DNA of 63,595 bases, filler included, from Craspedostauros australis (GCA_030167865.1; 10 parts of 10 records of this genome joined end to end with filler, not necessarily neighbours in it), one strand, 5' to 3'. Positions 11,614 through 23,411 are shown, numbered from the whole stretch's first letter. Program-made: numbers and translations. Notes: generated by a model not told the origin, from the letters alone.

Positions 11614-12294
11614 TCACCGCCTCCGTTCACCCTTGGTCGAGCGCTTCCGACGATCCTCCTTCGCCTGCTGCTTCTTGGTTCGTTGATCTTTCGTCTTTTG
11701 CTGCTCTTCTTTCTTGGTGTGCACCTTGTGACTTCGCAATTCTCTTGCCTTTTCCAGATTGGTGCTTGCCGCAACGTCGCGGTTGGTCGGCACAGCATCC
11801 TCTGTACCACCATCACCGTCAGCCGTGTCATCCTCGTACGCAAACCGTTGCAACATGGCCTTCTTCGTGGCATCGTCCATGCCGTTCGAGGGCTTCGACG
11901 ATCCCCCGGCCGCGTCCTTGTTCTTGCTTTCTTCCGCCTGCTCCTTCTTGGCCTGCTCCAGCTGCTGCTCAAACTTCTCCTTCTGCAACCGCACTTCCTC
12001 CCTCTGCTGCTTCTTGACATCGTCCACGTCCAGCTTCATCTTCGACAGAATGTCGTCGACGAGACCTTCCCACACGGCATCGTCCTCCGTCAGCTCCTCC
12101 TTCTCGCTCGACGCGCGCAGCAGCTCGACGACCTGCTCGATCTCGTCCTTGGGAACCAGCGTCGTCGTCGTCGTGGAGCCATCGCCGTCCTCCGACTCCA
12201 ATCCCAGCACGTACGGACCGTACAGATCGTAGTCCAGCCCGATCTCAGGGAGTCGTGACTCCAGGAAGCCTTCGAGATGATGTGACGATGACAT
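11614..12294 (-). CDS. CCDC43: CCDC43-like coiled-coil protein
   Basis: N-terminal FLESRLPEIGLDYDLYGPYVLGL (PWI-like) and C-terminal ...KEDRRKRSTKGERRR match CCDC43 family ends. ATG at 12294. Confidence 0.78.
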   Translation of the reverse strand: MSSSHHLEGFLESRLPEIGLDYDLYGPYVLGLESEDGDGSTTTTTLVPKDEIEQVVELLRASSEKEELTEDDAVWEGLVDDILSKMKLDVDDVKKQQREEVRLQKEKFEQQLEQAKKEQAEESKNKDAAGGSSKPSNGMDDATKKAMLQRFAYEDDTADGDGGTEDAVPTNRDVAASTNLEKARELRSHKVHTKKEEQQKTKDQRTKKQQAKEDRRKRSTKGERRR

Positions 12295-13083
12295 GGCGAG
12301 AGGCTCTTGTGCGTGTTTGTATTTGTGCTTGTGTGGTGCGACTATCGGCGTGTTGCGAGTTGCGGGTTGTACTTCTGGTTTGTGCTTCTTCTGCCAAGGC
12401 GGCCGCAGCGGTTGTAGTCGTATGAATGGCAACTGACGAACGATGTTGGAGTTGGTTTGGGGTTGCAGGTGATGGTGATGGTGAAAAAGATTCGGCTTCT
12501 TGTTCGCTGGGGCAGCGTCCAGGTTGGCGACTACGGTCCATCGAGTCGATCTACACGACGCCAAGAAGTAACAACAAACAGCACCACGCAGAACATGATA
12601 CAACTACAGCTCATTCCCCTCCACGACACCATCAGATCAAGGCCAGTCTGCTCTACTTTACGTATCGTGGCTCTGTCACATCCCAAGAATAGTCGTAGAG
12701 TATGGCACATCATGTTTGCTGGTTTGTCTGACTCTAATCTCAACTTGGCCAGTATGACATACCATCACAACACAAGTGCGAGCCAGACAACGGCCTGCCC
12801 CAACTTGTGTTCAGACGCATACCACATATCAAATGTGAGATATTGCCTGTCGAATGGGGTCACCAGTACACGGGCGAGCGGATGCAGGAAATGGACTGAT
12901 GGAGCTTCCATGGGCAGACACACAATCACATTCCTTCGCTTGCACTCTTTCTGTGTGTGCTGATATCAATATGTTTGTCTCTCCTATGCACGGTATAGTT
13001 GAAACATCCAATCCATCCATCAGTTATCCATCAATCAGACAATGGGTCAACCAATGGACCGAATGGTTTGGTGTCATGGGCTC

Positions 13084-13910
13084 TTAAGCAGTTGGGGCAT
13101 CGACGCGGTCACCGTACTCGTTGAGGTAGACCCATTCTCCGGTCTTCTCGTCAACGAACTCGGTCCACTCAGCGTTCTGTGGGATGAGTCCCTCGTACTT
13201 GGCTGGGTCGTTCATGGCCCATCCCTCCTTGCCGATGATGTCGGTGACCACGTGTCCCTGGACGGCAAGCATCTCCTCGACCTCCTTGCCTGGGCTGAGA
13301 TCCAGATGGTCAGTCTCAACCACGAGAGGTGGCTCGTCGAACTGATGCAGCGGCGGTGGGCTGCTGAGGGTCATCTCCAGTGACTGGGCGATGAGTGGGA
13401 CGACGACATTCTCGCCTGCGCTCAGGTCCGAGGCTGTGGACAGTGCGCGGACGGCTGCCGTTGTTGTTTGTCATTAACGTTGTGTGTGATCCAACGCAGC
13501 ATCATGGCGTGATGTTACGTGGCGTCATTTCACATACCATGGTTGGTTCGGAAGGCGAAAGGTGAAAGAGAATGTTAGCATGGACATCCAGGCTAGTTGA
13601 TGACATCATAGCATGAGATGCGCAATTGGCTTTCGATTTGGCAATTGCGGTGGGACACCATGTGAACAATTCTGCGTGGAATTTGGCCCACGCACTCACT
13701 GGCTGCACCACCATCCTTCAGCGCACGAACCCCATGTAGCCCCAACAAGAGCAGCTGCAAGTGCACCTCGTTCAACGCCCCACGGCTTGACAACTCGAGC
13801 AACGAAAGCGAAAATTCCTGAACGCTCACCACCCTCGCACTCGAATCCATTCCGCACTTACCAGCACGTGCGGCAGGTCGGGAGACTTGTCTTGCGATGG
13901 TGGACAACAT
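13084..13910 (-). CDS. Nucleus-encoded C-terminal fragment of cytochrome c oxidase subunit 1 (Cox1-c), mitochondrial; exons 13910-13862, 13454-13084 (139 aa)
   Basis: GTAAGT donor and cAG acceptor join a mitochondrial presequence (MLSTIARQVSRPAARAAVRALST) in frame to SLEMTLSSPPPLHQFDEPP, matching the Cox1 C-terminal motif LEWxxxSPPxxHxFxExP. Confidence 0.85.
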
Positions 13911-14666
13911 GGTGACTATCGGTCTTGTTGCGGATTCGTTCTGCCAGTTACAATGTCGATGTCGATGTTGATGTTGACGATGGTGATCTTCAGTTGGTGT
14001 TGGCGCGGCAGTTCGTGCGCAGCAGTTTGCACCACGGTTGTTTGTCCTTCCTCCCGTTTGTTTTGCTTCGTTTGCTGCTCTCGTTTTGCCTCTTTGCTAC
14101 CGTTCGTGTTTCTGCGTTACGCGTCAAACATCGTGTTGTTTCCACGCTGCAGGGAGCGAAAAAGAAGATCGGTCCCATCACCCCACGACGGACAGAACTC
14201 GCAATTCGCATTGTCGGCTGTCGGTCGATGGAGTCATCTCATGAACAAACGGAACTATCCACGTACTCCAAACCCGTTTTATCATTCCTCGATTCATGCG
14301 AATCGAACTACTCCATCACAAACAAAAACAACAACAACAAGCCAAAAAACAAGTCGGCCATGGCGAAGTTGCCGTCGCATCTCTCTTTGCCGTGCGAATT
14401 TGCCACCACAACAAAAGCAAAAACAACAACGCAACGGCAACAACACGACAACTGGCGAAATCCAAACCCCTCACAATCCAATCTAATCGCAGTCGCAACC
14501 GCAATCGCAGTCGCAGTCGCAGTAGCACACGTGCATTAGCTTGTACGACACGCAACTTCCATAGTAGAGCAGAGCAGCTTACTGTTGCACATTATTTCCT
14601 GTTTCCTCGCACGGACAGCGCATAGCCCACAGCGTGTCGCACATTCCGTTGATTGTGGTGAATAGT

Positions 14667-17600
14667 ATGTCGGGTGGACCGCCAAAGAATGCCGCATCGT
14701 CGGGAGCTGGTTCTGCATCAGGAAGTGGCAGCACCACCAAGCCGACCGGTGCATCCTCAGCTGCCTCCTCCGCTTCCGGATCGACGTCCGCTCCCATGGT
14801 CATCTCGTCGCCTTCCGCATCCTCAAAGACGCAAGTGCAAGCGCAAGCACAATCCAAGGCGCAAGCTGCATCGAATGCAAGCGCTGGTGCATCGCCGATG
14901 GCCAAGAAAGCGACCACAAACCCAGCGGCAGGCGCAAGCCGCGATGACAAGAAGCCGACCATGGATCCCACGGATCAGGCCGTGCTGGACTATCTCAAGA
15001 AGCGAGGCATGACGGCCGCCGTGCTCGAACTCACGAACATGATCGGCAAGTCGGATGGCGATGACAAATCGGAAACCAAGGACAAGCTGAAGGATACCGG
15101 CAAAGATACCGGCAGGAGCAAGGACAAAGATAAAGACAAACCGAAAGCCAACGTCGAATCCAAGAGCAGCGAGAAGGTGGATCCGAAGAAGCAGAATCAG
15201 AAACATAATGAGCAAGACAAGGATAGCGCAAAAGACAACCAAGAGAAGAAGGAAGAACAGCAGCAGTCTCTCAACGTTCCCGCCACCACATCGGCGCTGC
15301 GGGTGCAGCTGGAGAACGATGACAATGTCTTCAGAAACCAGCGTTCCCTGCTGACCCGGTCGACGGGTGGTGGGTACGGCTACGACCGCGATGCTGTTGC
15401 CCCCATCGTCCAATGGGGCGTCCCAGACAGCCATGCGGTGCAAAAGATCCTCAAGGATAAGAACGGTAAAGACATACCGCCGAAGATCGGGGTTCAGGAG
15501 GCGCGCAACTACCTCAACGCCTTCACCTCGCTGCAGCTGTGGGTGCTCACGCTTCCAGATGACAACGTAGGCACGCACATCCAACCAAAGACCCACAATC
15601 CCATCCAGAAGGCCAGGGAGATCATCGAGACCCACCAGAGAAGCCAGGACACGAAGGAACTATCGCTGTCGACCATCATGAAGGAGATGGTCACGCCGCA
15701 CCAGACCAATCGCAAGAAGATCAAACCTGAAGAATCCTTCGCTCTGCCTCCCTCCGCCAAGCCCGAGCTGCTTTCGGTGACCTTTGCATTGCTGGTGCAC
15801 ACTTACTGCGAGCTGCTTGAGGTGGGGATGGAATCCACGGCGCAAGTCCTGCGAGACGCATTCCAACCGGTGTACGAGCCGCTGTACGAGGGTGAGTACA
15901 AGGATCTTTTCCATTGCTCCACCACTGAGGAGGTGATCAAGCTCAACAGCCTCAACTCGCAGCACCTCGAGGCCTCCAACAACCTCAAGACCATCATCCA
16001 TCAGATCGCACGCTACCAAACCAAGAAGGAGGAGCTTCAACGCAAGGCGACGACGGAAGCCTCCCGCAAGAAGATCCGCGTGGCCGTGCAGGAATGCGAT
16101 CAAAACATCTCCATGCTGCGGCAGAAGCACGCCGCGATTGCGTTGCGGGCATCCGCGGCGTTCGATCGGTTGCACGATCTGCCATTCTTACGCAGAGCCA
16201 GGGCGTTCCGATGGCAGCTCACGCTGTCCACGGCATCGTACGGCATGCTCGCCTCCTTCCTCAACAACAACACCCTCGATGAATCGCTACTCGCGATGAG
16301 CACGCTGCTGCAAACCAAATGCGAGCTCCATATCGAACGTCGCCATCCGCTGCCCTTCACGCCCGCATGCATCCTCGACGACAACCGCGATACCAAGCGG
16401 GACCCCAAAAACACAAAGACGAGGATATACTCCGGGATCAACGAAAACGAGGCAGTCAACTGGGCGGCACCGTTGCCTTATCGCAGCAAGGATTCCATGG
16501 AGGATGACGAGCTTCCATTTCCGAAATTCCACCTGGATGAAGAATACAGCGACGAAGCGGCTGCTGCGGCGGCAAAGAAGGCGATCATCTTCAACAGGGC
16601 CATGCTGGTCAACGGATTCCGTCGTCTCGAAGCACTGGAGCGGAAGCGAGGATACGATGTCATGTCATCAGCCACCACTCACAACGCCGCCACCAAAACC
16701 AGCAGAGGTGGCAAGGATGATGCTCACGCTGGGCAAGATCCGTCGCAGATGGCAGGATCCATGTCATCACCTACGGCAGATGCGTTCCAGCCCTCCATCC
16801 TACTGTCAACTTTGTGCTCGGATGGCCCAGGCATAGCGAAGGTGCGCGCAAAATCATCGCTGGGTCGAAAACTCGCGTCTGGTTCGTCGGCCGTCTCTGA
16901 CATCGCCGGGCTCTGGAGCGAGTCGGGTATTGGCCTGTGCTGCGCGAAGTCGTGCCCTCCGGATGGTCGGTACATCGCGGTGGGTTGCGATGATGCTGCA
17001 GTGCGGATCTGGAACCTCAAGGATCAGGCATCAGGAGACGGGGCGATGGGAGACCCCACCCAGGTGCTGCTGGGTCACAAAAACGGTTTCCCAGTATTCG
17101 ACATCGATTGGAATCGTGATGGCCGCACCCTTCTGAGCGCCGGTGGCGACGGCTCCATCCGGTTGTGGGATACCATGGCGCAAGGTACGTTCGGAGACGT
17201 TGGCAAACCGACACCGTCCAAGGACAAGCCGAAGAAGGCGGAGCGGTCCAAGGGAGGGAGCAAGGCAGCCAAGTCATCAGCCTCCAGCCTTGTCAAGGAC
17301 GGGTCCAAGATCACGCACGGTCCTGCAAGGGAAGTCTTCGAGAAGGCCACGAAGGATCTCATCGCAGCAAAGAAGTCTGCGACGATGACGGTGCCGGATC
17401 TCAAGTCGGAGATCAATCCATACACGAGCGGGGCGGCGCTTGGGGTGTACCGTGGACACGCGCCTAACGCACCCATCTGGTCAGTTGCTTTCGCCCCCAG
17501 CGGCTACTATTTTGCTTCGGCCGGGGGCGATGCGACTGCACGCATGTGGACCACGGATCGAGGAGCGCCTGTGCGTCTCTTCGCCGGTCACACATCCAAG

Positions 17601-18128
17601 AGCGTCAACTCCGTCGTTTTCCACCCCAACTGCAACTACATCCTCACGGGCGCGGACGACAAGACGGCGAGGCTGTGGGACGTCCAGACAGCGCGCTGCG
17701 TGCGCCTGCTGAACGGATGTTCTCGGGGACTGAACAATGTCAAGATCTCGCCGTGCGGGCGATACGCAAGCGCATCGGACTACTCTGGCATCGTTCATCT
17801 GTGGGATTTGGGGACGGGGAAGAAGATGACGGAGCTGAGGCCGAACAAGTCGGCCGACTCGGCATCGAGCCGCCCGCCATCGATGGTCCACAGCTTGGCC
17901 TTCAGCAGCTGTGGCCGAGCGTTGGCAACAGGCGGTGACGATTGCTGCGTGCGGGTGTGGGATGTCCAGAACATGTTCAGCATGCCCGTGGTGACGGACA
18001 CGCCCGTGAAGACGTACCAGACCAGACGCACGATACTGTTGGACTTGCAGTACACGAAACGAAACTTGCTCCTGTCGGTTGGGAAGTACGCCAATGCGAT
18101 TTCCGTCGATCATTCGAAGAGTGCCTAG
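14667..18128 (+). CDS. TAF5: TFIID subunit 5 (LisH + NTD2 + WD40)
   Basis: LisH-like DQAVLDYLKKRGMTAAVLEL; NTD2-like KPELLSVTFALLVHTYCELL; WD40 repeats including YFASAGGDATARMWTTD..PVRLFAGH..VVFHPNCNYILTGADDKTARLWDV. Confidence 0.93.
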   Translation: MSGGPPKNAASSGAGSASGSGSTTKPTGASSAASSASGSTSAPMVISSPSASSKTQVQAQAQSKAQAASNASAGASPMAKKATTNPAAGASRDDKKPTMDPTDQAVLDYLKKRGMTAAVLELTNMIGKSDGDDKSETKDKLKDTGKDTGRSKDKDKDKPKANVESKSSEKVDPKKQNQKHNEQDKDSAKDNQEKKEEQQQSLNVPATTSALRVQLENDDNVFRNQRSLLTRSTGGGYGYDRDAVAPIVQWGVPDSHAVQKILKDKNGKDIPPKIGVQEARNYLNAFTSLQLWVLTLPDDNVGTHIQPKTHNPIQKAREIIETHQRSQDTKELSLSTIMKEMVTPHQTNRKKIKPEESFALPPSAKPELLSVTFALLVHTYCELLEVGMESTAQVLRDAFQPVYEPLYEGEYKDLFHCSTTEEVIKLNSLNSQHLEASNNLKTIIHQIARYQTKKEELQRKATTEASRKKIRVAVQECDQNISMLRQKHAAIALRASAAFDRLHDLPFLRRARAFRWQLTLSTASYGMLASFLNNNTLDESLLAMSTLLQTKCELHIERRHPLPFTPACILDDNRDTKRDPKNTKTRIYSGINENEAVNWAAPLPYRSKDSMEDDELPFPKFHLDEEYSDEAAAAAAKKAIIFNRAMLVNGFRRLEALERKRGYDVMSSATTHNAATKTSRGGKDDAHAGQDPSQMAGSMSSPTADAFQPSILLSTLCSDGPGIAKVRAKSSLGRKLASGSSAVSDIAGLWSESGIGLCCAKSCPPDGRYIAVGCDDAAVRIWNLKDQASGDGAMGDPTQVLLGHKNGFPVFDIDWNRDGRTLLSAGGDGSIRLWDTMAQGTFGDVGKPTPSKDKPKKAERSKGGSKAAKSSASSLVKDGSKITHGPAREVFEKATKDLIAAKKSATMTVPDLKSEINPYTSGAALGVYRGHAPNAPIWSVAFAPSGYYFASAGGDATARMWTTDRGAPVRLFAGHTSKSVNSVVFHPNCNYILTGADDKTARLWDVQTARCVRLLNGCSRGLNNVKISPCGRYASASDYSGIVHLWDLGTGKKMTELRPNKSADSASSRPPSMVHSLAFSSCGRALATGGDDCCVRVWDVQNMFSMPVVTDTPVKTYQTRRTILLDLQYTKRNLLLSVGKYANAISVDHSKSA

Positions 18129-18771
18129 AATGGTGTGGTCGGAGCGGGGTCAGCATTTGGGGTGGAGAGAAGCAGAGTATCGGATCGGATCGGATCGAAT
18201 CGATGCGTATTAAATGGTCGGTACATAGGAACTGCATTATTCGTCAGCACAATTTCTGTACCTGGACAGTCGGTACAAGCAAGAGGGTGTTGTTCACTTC
18301 TCTCCTCTCCTCCATCTACTCAACTCTATTTGTTTGAAACTGTCTGGGCTGAAATGAAATCAGATGGAATTCACACATTTCTGCTCCACAAAAGAGATGA
18401 TCATCCATCATGAACTGACAGTGGAGCCGATCAAGCTACGTGCTTGTATGCAGCGTGCAGTGCGGAAAGGAGACAAAGTGAAAAATTCTCTCTTGTCTCT
18501 ATAAAAATGCTGTGCAGTAGAAAGACGACGACAACAACAACGACGAAGGCTTCAACTAACTTGATGTCCACAGAGTCGTGAACCGTTGTGGGCGCTGCAA
18601 TAAGCTGCGACTTGCCTCGGTCTCTCTTCGTCCACGTCTTCCCTTTTCTTCGTTTTTGTTGCTGCTGTTTGGGCGCCTGTGCCTGCTCGTGGTCGAACCC
18701 TCTGGAGGCATACATCCTTCCAAATGCGTCCTAGTACATTGTGAGAAACAGCGACGGGCGCGCCAAGGGAG

Positions 18772-20172
18772 CTAACGGAGACCACAGGTATCGTACGCTG
18801 GCTGCTTCGGCGTCATTTGCTGATGCTGCATCTGCTGCGATTTCCTGATCTCCTTCAGCTGTTGCTTCACGAGTAGCAATTCCTCCTTCGTGTCTGCCTG
18901 CATCAGTTTGTACCGGTCGATCTCGTCGGTCAGGTGGTTATTGCGATGCTGGAGATCCGAATTCTCCTTGCGCAGATCCTGCAGCTGCTGCTTCGAATTG
19001 CCAGTGGTGAGCGCTATGTTCTTCTGATCATGCTGGGCCTTCTCCAGGAAGGAACTGAAGGACGTTGCGAAAAACAGACTCTCCAGCTTCGAATTCTCCA
19101 TGGCGCATGCGCCGAAGATGTACTCATCCAGCGCAGACTCCACCTCGAACTCCTTCCAGTCGTAGTCGCGCACCACGGCTCTGGAGCAGCGTCGGAACAA
19201 ATGAGCCAGCCTTTTCCATTCGTTGGACTCCACATCGATGTCGGTCGTGTCCAGATCTCGGGCCAGGCCCGTCAGGCCGACGGCAGGCTCGAATGCCATC
19301 CTGGGCATGATGCTCTCATCCGTCAGCTCGAGCAGCAGCTCCACGGTCAGATCGGGTCTGTTGGTTTCAAAGAACTGCCACACGACAGTGCTCATTTGCA
19401 GACTCAGCGAGTGACGTTCGAATTTCTCTATATTGCGCGGCGATTTCGCTGCATTCTGGACGGAATGGACCAGCTCGCGGAACAGCTCCAACGGCAGCCT
19501 GGTCAGTGACTTGGTCTTCAGCTGATGAAAGTTCTCGACGCACAGTCGCTTGGCGGATTCCACCAGCCTCGTGTCCTGGTAGTAGTACGCGTGCGTAAGG
19601 TAGATAGGCCCCGTCTTGAGCGAAAGATCCTTCTGAATGAATTTATTGACAGCCAGGATCAATCCTTCGCAGTCGAACAATCGCGCGAGGTGACGCAGCG
19701 AGACGGCGTTGGATGTGTCCATCTCGTCGCCGGCAACGAGGGAGAGAGAGTCATCGTCGTTGGAATCGGCTGAGATGTCGTACATGAAGTCGAGGAGGAG
19801 GGGGAAGCAGTTGGCATCCTGCTGGTCGAGTTCGATCTTCGTAACCTGGTTGTGCTTGCCATTGTAGTGCTTGGACTGTTCGTGGAAGAGTTTGGAGAAG
19901 TACTTGCTGCTTCGCGGTCCCACGCTCAGGATGCTCTTGTGAACGTGATACGTTCTGGAATCGAATTCATTGTGCCCCGTCTCCACCACGATGGTCCAGT
20001 CGCTGTAGGTGACAGACGGATCCTCTCTCCATGACAGCTTCGGCGCCTCGATGATCGTCTTGGAGATGTCGTCGTCACCGTCCGCCGAGAAGTACGACTC
20101 CCCCATCATCATGGTGCACGGGTTGATGGGATTGCGGAACGTACGCGGTCGGCGGATTCCAGGAGCTGTCAT
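18772..20172 (-). CDS. BTB/POZ-domain protein with C-terminal coiled coil
   Basis: SDWTIVV...YHVHKSILSVGPRSSKYFSKLF...FPLLLDFMY...NAVSLRHLARLF is a BTB signature. First in-frame ATG after an upstream stop is at 20172. Confidence 0.85.
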   Translation of the reverse strand: MTAPGIRRPRTFRNPINPCTMMMGESYFSADGDDDISKTIIEAPKLSWREDPSVTYSDWTIVVETGHNEFDSRTYHVHKSILSVGPRSSKYFSKLFHEQSKHYNGKHNQVTKIELDQQDANCFPLLLDFMYDISADSNDDDSLSLVAGDEMDTSNAVSLRHLARLFDCEGLILAVNKFIQKDLSLKTGPIYLTHAYYYQDTRLVESAKRLCVENFHQLKTKSLTRLPLELFRELVHSVQNAAKSPRNIEKFERHSLSLQMSTVVWQFFETNRPDLTVELLLELTDESIMPRMAFEPAVGLTGLARDLDTTDIDVESNEWKRLAHLFRRCSRAVVRDYDWKEFEVESALDEYIFGACAMENSKLESLFFATSFSSFLEKAQHDQKNIALTTGNSKQQLQDLRKENSDLQHRNNHLTDEIDRYKLMQADTKEELLLVKQQLKEIRKSQQMQHQQMTPKQPAYDTCGLR

Positions 20173-21355
20173 TCTCGTGTTCTTCCCTGTGCTGGTGCTC
20201 CCTGGCTTCTGCCGTTGCTGGTGCTCCTGAAGATGGCTCGGTTCTTGCTGATTGTGAGGATCACCTCCTCCAATGCCAAGCCTGTTGGTGAGTTCTTCGA
20301 GCACCCAAATGGTGACGCTTTTGTGTGTGCGGTTGCCTCGTCACCCGTGCAAGTATCCGTCTTCGTTATCGATATCGTTATCGTCGTAATCGTGTTGAGT
20401 TATCGAGTGTTCCAGCTGTCGATCTGATGTTCACAACTTGCGTCAGGTGTTCAAGGCTTTCTTCTGTCGATGCCGTCGCTCTGGCTGTTGCTCTTCAGGA
20501 TGTTGCCAAGTGGTCTCACTGCACTCCGAGCAGTGTTGAGGTGATGGCGATGTTGATGATGTGGTTCGGTGCGGCGAGTTGCATTCGGTTGATTTGATGC
20601 TCTGTATGCTGCGTGCACACCTTGACGCTCCATGCGACTGATACGTTTGGGGGACGCGAAAATGCGATGCAAGGCGACACGATACGGTTCCTTGCATTGC
20701 ATGAAGATGTTTGTCTTGCGAGTGTCAGTCAACACACAGGCAGCTGCAGCACGCATTCACATCAACCTCTTGCGAGAAGAGTTGATGGCGAAGCAGTGCA
20801 AAAGACACGACACAAGAGAGAAACAAGGAAACAGACAAACACAGACAACAGAGACAACGTCGCGATTTGTGCCAAATTGTGGCGATGAGACAAACGGCTA
20901 GTTTGGTGTTCGCAATTCACGTTTTGCGCTACTGGTGATTCAATCCTGCACATACGTGATTTGGCTTCACGACCACTTTGAGTCCCTATCATTTTATTCC
21001 CTCCAAGAATGAAACGACGAACCAAAACACACGAACGTGATGAACGCGGGGAAACAACAATTCGCGGAAGCTGTGCCAAAACCGTGGTTCGGCATCAACC
21101 ACGCACTTCCATCCTGTAAAAGGGGAGAACGAAGCGAGGAACTTGCGACCAGCGAAACCTCACATTGATCTGTGCGCAACACAGAGATCACTGTCCGTAC
21201 TCGCATGAGGAACAGTGGTGAGAAGCCGAGTCCAACACCATGATCCCGAGCCATCGGCGATTTCATTGTTTGGTTGATTCTGACAGCTTCATTGACTCAT
21301 TGAATCAGCGACAGATCGACTGATAGACTGATGAACTCATTGACTGATAACAAAC

Positions 21356-21671
21356 ATGAAAACCGTATCAGCCGCATCATCCGCATCATCCGAACCAGCC
21401 GCATCATCTGGCAAGTACAAGATATTTGGACCAGCTCTCTTGCGAACATTCCGATGTTTGTGGATACTGGAAGAACTGGGTGCTGACTACGAGCATCTCG
21501 CAGTCCTTCCACACTCAGAGGAACTCAAGAAGGCGACCGGGCTCCGCAGGGTGCCCGTGCTGATCACGCCAGACGGATTCACTTTGTGCGAAAGCTCCGC
21601 CATCAACACGTACCTGTGCGACACGTTCTGCAACGAGCATCCGACGCTGGTCCCTCGTGCTGGCAGCCATG
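21356..21671 (+). CDS. Glutathione S-transferase, N-terminal domain (truncated by contig end)
   Basis: RTFRCLWILEELGADYE...RVPVLITPDGFTLCESSAINTYL is the GST thioredoxin-like domain; the frame runs into the N linker. Confidence 0.88.
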
Positions 21672-21771
21672 NNNNNNNNNNNNNNNNNNNNNNNNNNNNN
21701 NNNNNNNNNNNNNNNTTAATTAATTAANNNNNNNNNNNNNNNNNNNNNNNNNNNNNNNNNNNNNNNNNNNN
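21672..21771. other. Artificial contig linker (N44-TTAATTAATTAA-N44); same linker at 23099-23198, 24623-24722, 25790-25889, 29916-30015, 56358-56457, 58367-58466, 60369-60468, 61890-61989
   Basis: Nine identical 100-nt spacers with a six-frame stop cassette; sequences on either side are unrelated. Confidence 0.97.
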
Positions 21772-23098
21772 CATGATCACCATCATCACACGGTACGTGA
21801 CGTCGTGGATGACAGGCGAGTGGTGCTCTTGGTAGTCCACTCCTGCGATCTGCGAATAGCCACACGCCACCAGACGCGCTCGATAGGTTCCATTGCGCTT
21901 TAGTTTAAACACCCATTTGCACTTGCAGCATCTGCGGTCTCTCGGAATGGATGAGCGCTTGATCTTGCTGTAGACGGATCGAGCATCCATCGAGCTGAAC
22001 TCCTTTGCGATGGCAGCTCTGTAGCCCTTCCGGTGTGTTGCATTCGGATGGTTGAATGCTTGGTCGAAGGTTGATGGCTCGATGTGTGTCGGTGTCTCTC
22101 CTGTCTCATCTTGGGTGGTTGCACAGATCTCTGTCTCGAAATCGTCGGTACTGATTGCGTTGTTACCGAATAGAGCATCTGTAACTGCGTTGGTGACGTC
22201 CGATGGAGGAGAGTCGCTGTCTTCGTCGTCCGTACCTTCGTCGTTCTCCTCATTCTCGTCGGTGGTGTCGTCATTGGTTTCGTCATCGTCGTTGGTCTCC
22301 TCGCTGTTGTCCTGATCGTGGTCTGTGTTGCTCTTGTCGTCGTCGGTGTCGCTTCCCCTATTGAAGACGGATAGGTTGGTTGTGAACCGCTTGCCTTCAT
22401 GCTTCTCTTTCTTTCCTGGCTTGTTGTAGTTCGCAAGGTTGCGCAATTCGCTCTTTCCTTTCATGTTGGATGGCAGCGACGCACGCGACTTCGCGTTCGT
22501 TTTTGCTTGATGCTTGCTTCGCTCGATGTATCGCTGTTGTCGCTCGCTGCGAGTGGTATCGCGCTTGCTTGGTCGTTTTGGGGGATCAGCTGTCGTGGTG
22601 CGACTAGTTTTCGAATCATCGTTCGCTTCGTGCGAACGCTTGCGTGACGTTGGCGGAGTGCGGAGGATGCTTGGTGGGACACTTGGTGGGGCGACATCTT
22701 CAATGTCGGTCACTGTGTCGTCGTCGACGGGAATCGCGTCAACCTCTTCTTCGGACGCAGTCCTTTCGTCCACTGGTGTGGTCGCCGTCTCGCTCGCGAG
22801 ACCTGGTGAGCCCTTCTTCGCACTCGTGTTGTTGTTGGTGTCGTCATCGTCCTCATCGTCGTCATCTGAGAGGACGTGGTAGGAGTTCGCGTCGGCGAAT
22901 GACACAGAGCGTCGCTTTGGCTTGGTTCGAGCTGTGTGGGACGGCGCTGTCCCTTCCCTTCCGACCAGGATGAATCCGTCATCGTCAGTCTCCGTTGGGC
23001 GCTCGTGATCGGTCGCGACGATCTGACTCCCTTCCGGCTTCCCATCGTCCGAGCCGTAGGTCCAACCCTTGAAGTGCCCGTACGATCTGTTGAGCCAT
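21772..23098 (-). mobile_element. Ty1/copia LTR retrotransposon pol fragment (post-integrase SH3-like end, linker, start of RT)
   Basis: One open frame across the whole contig: WLNRSYG..., acidic linker, EPSTFDQAF...AIAKEFSSM...CKWVFKLKRNGTYRARLVACGYSQIAGVDYQEHHSP (RVT_2 motifs). Confidence 0.95.
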
Positions 23099-23198
23099 NN
23101 NNNNNNNNNNNNNNNNNNNNNNNNNNNNNNNNNNNNNNNNNNTTAATTAATTAANNNNNNNNNNNNNNNNNNNNNNNNNNNNNNNNNNNNNNNNNNNN

Positions 23199-23411
23199 GA
23201 GAGAGAGAGAGAGAGAATACGAATAGCAGCGAGAGAGCATCTTGTGCACTGACTCGTAGTCGGAGACCCAATCTACGAAACAGACAGATACGCCAAGAGC
23301 ATCGGGCAAGAGAACAGAGACATCAAGAGGATCGGAGTGCTCAAGTAATGAAATATCAAACAGAATGACTATCCACGATCGTAGGCTTCCGAGGTCCGGA
23401 ACTTGCCAACA
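23199..23411 (+). mobile_element. Diverged LTR copy (3' or solo LTR), same family as 56458-56637 and 57529-57776
   Basis: (GA)n-aatac...gagagagcatc...agtcggagac..aatctacgaaacaga...gagcatcgggcaagagaac...caagtaatgaaata..cacgatcgtagg...ggaacttgccaaca; same CAACA end as the other copies. Confidence 0.8.

Noticed and set aside
21716..21727. Recurrent TTAATTAATTAA as a biological motif; gene-neighbourhood arguments across it
   Set aside because: It is always centred in a 100-nt N spacer, so it is an artificial contig join. Adjacency across these joins (including the two cyclins sharing a window) carries no meaning.
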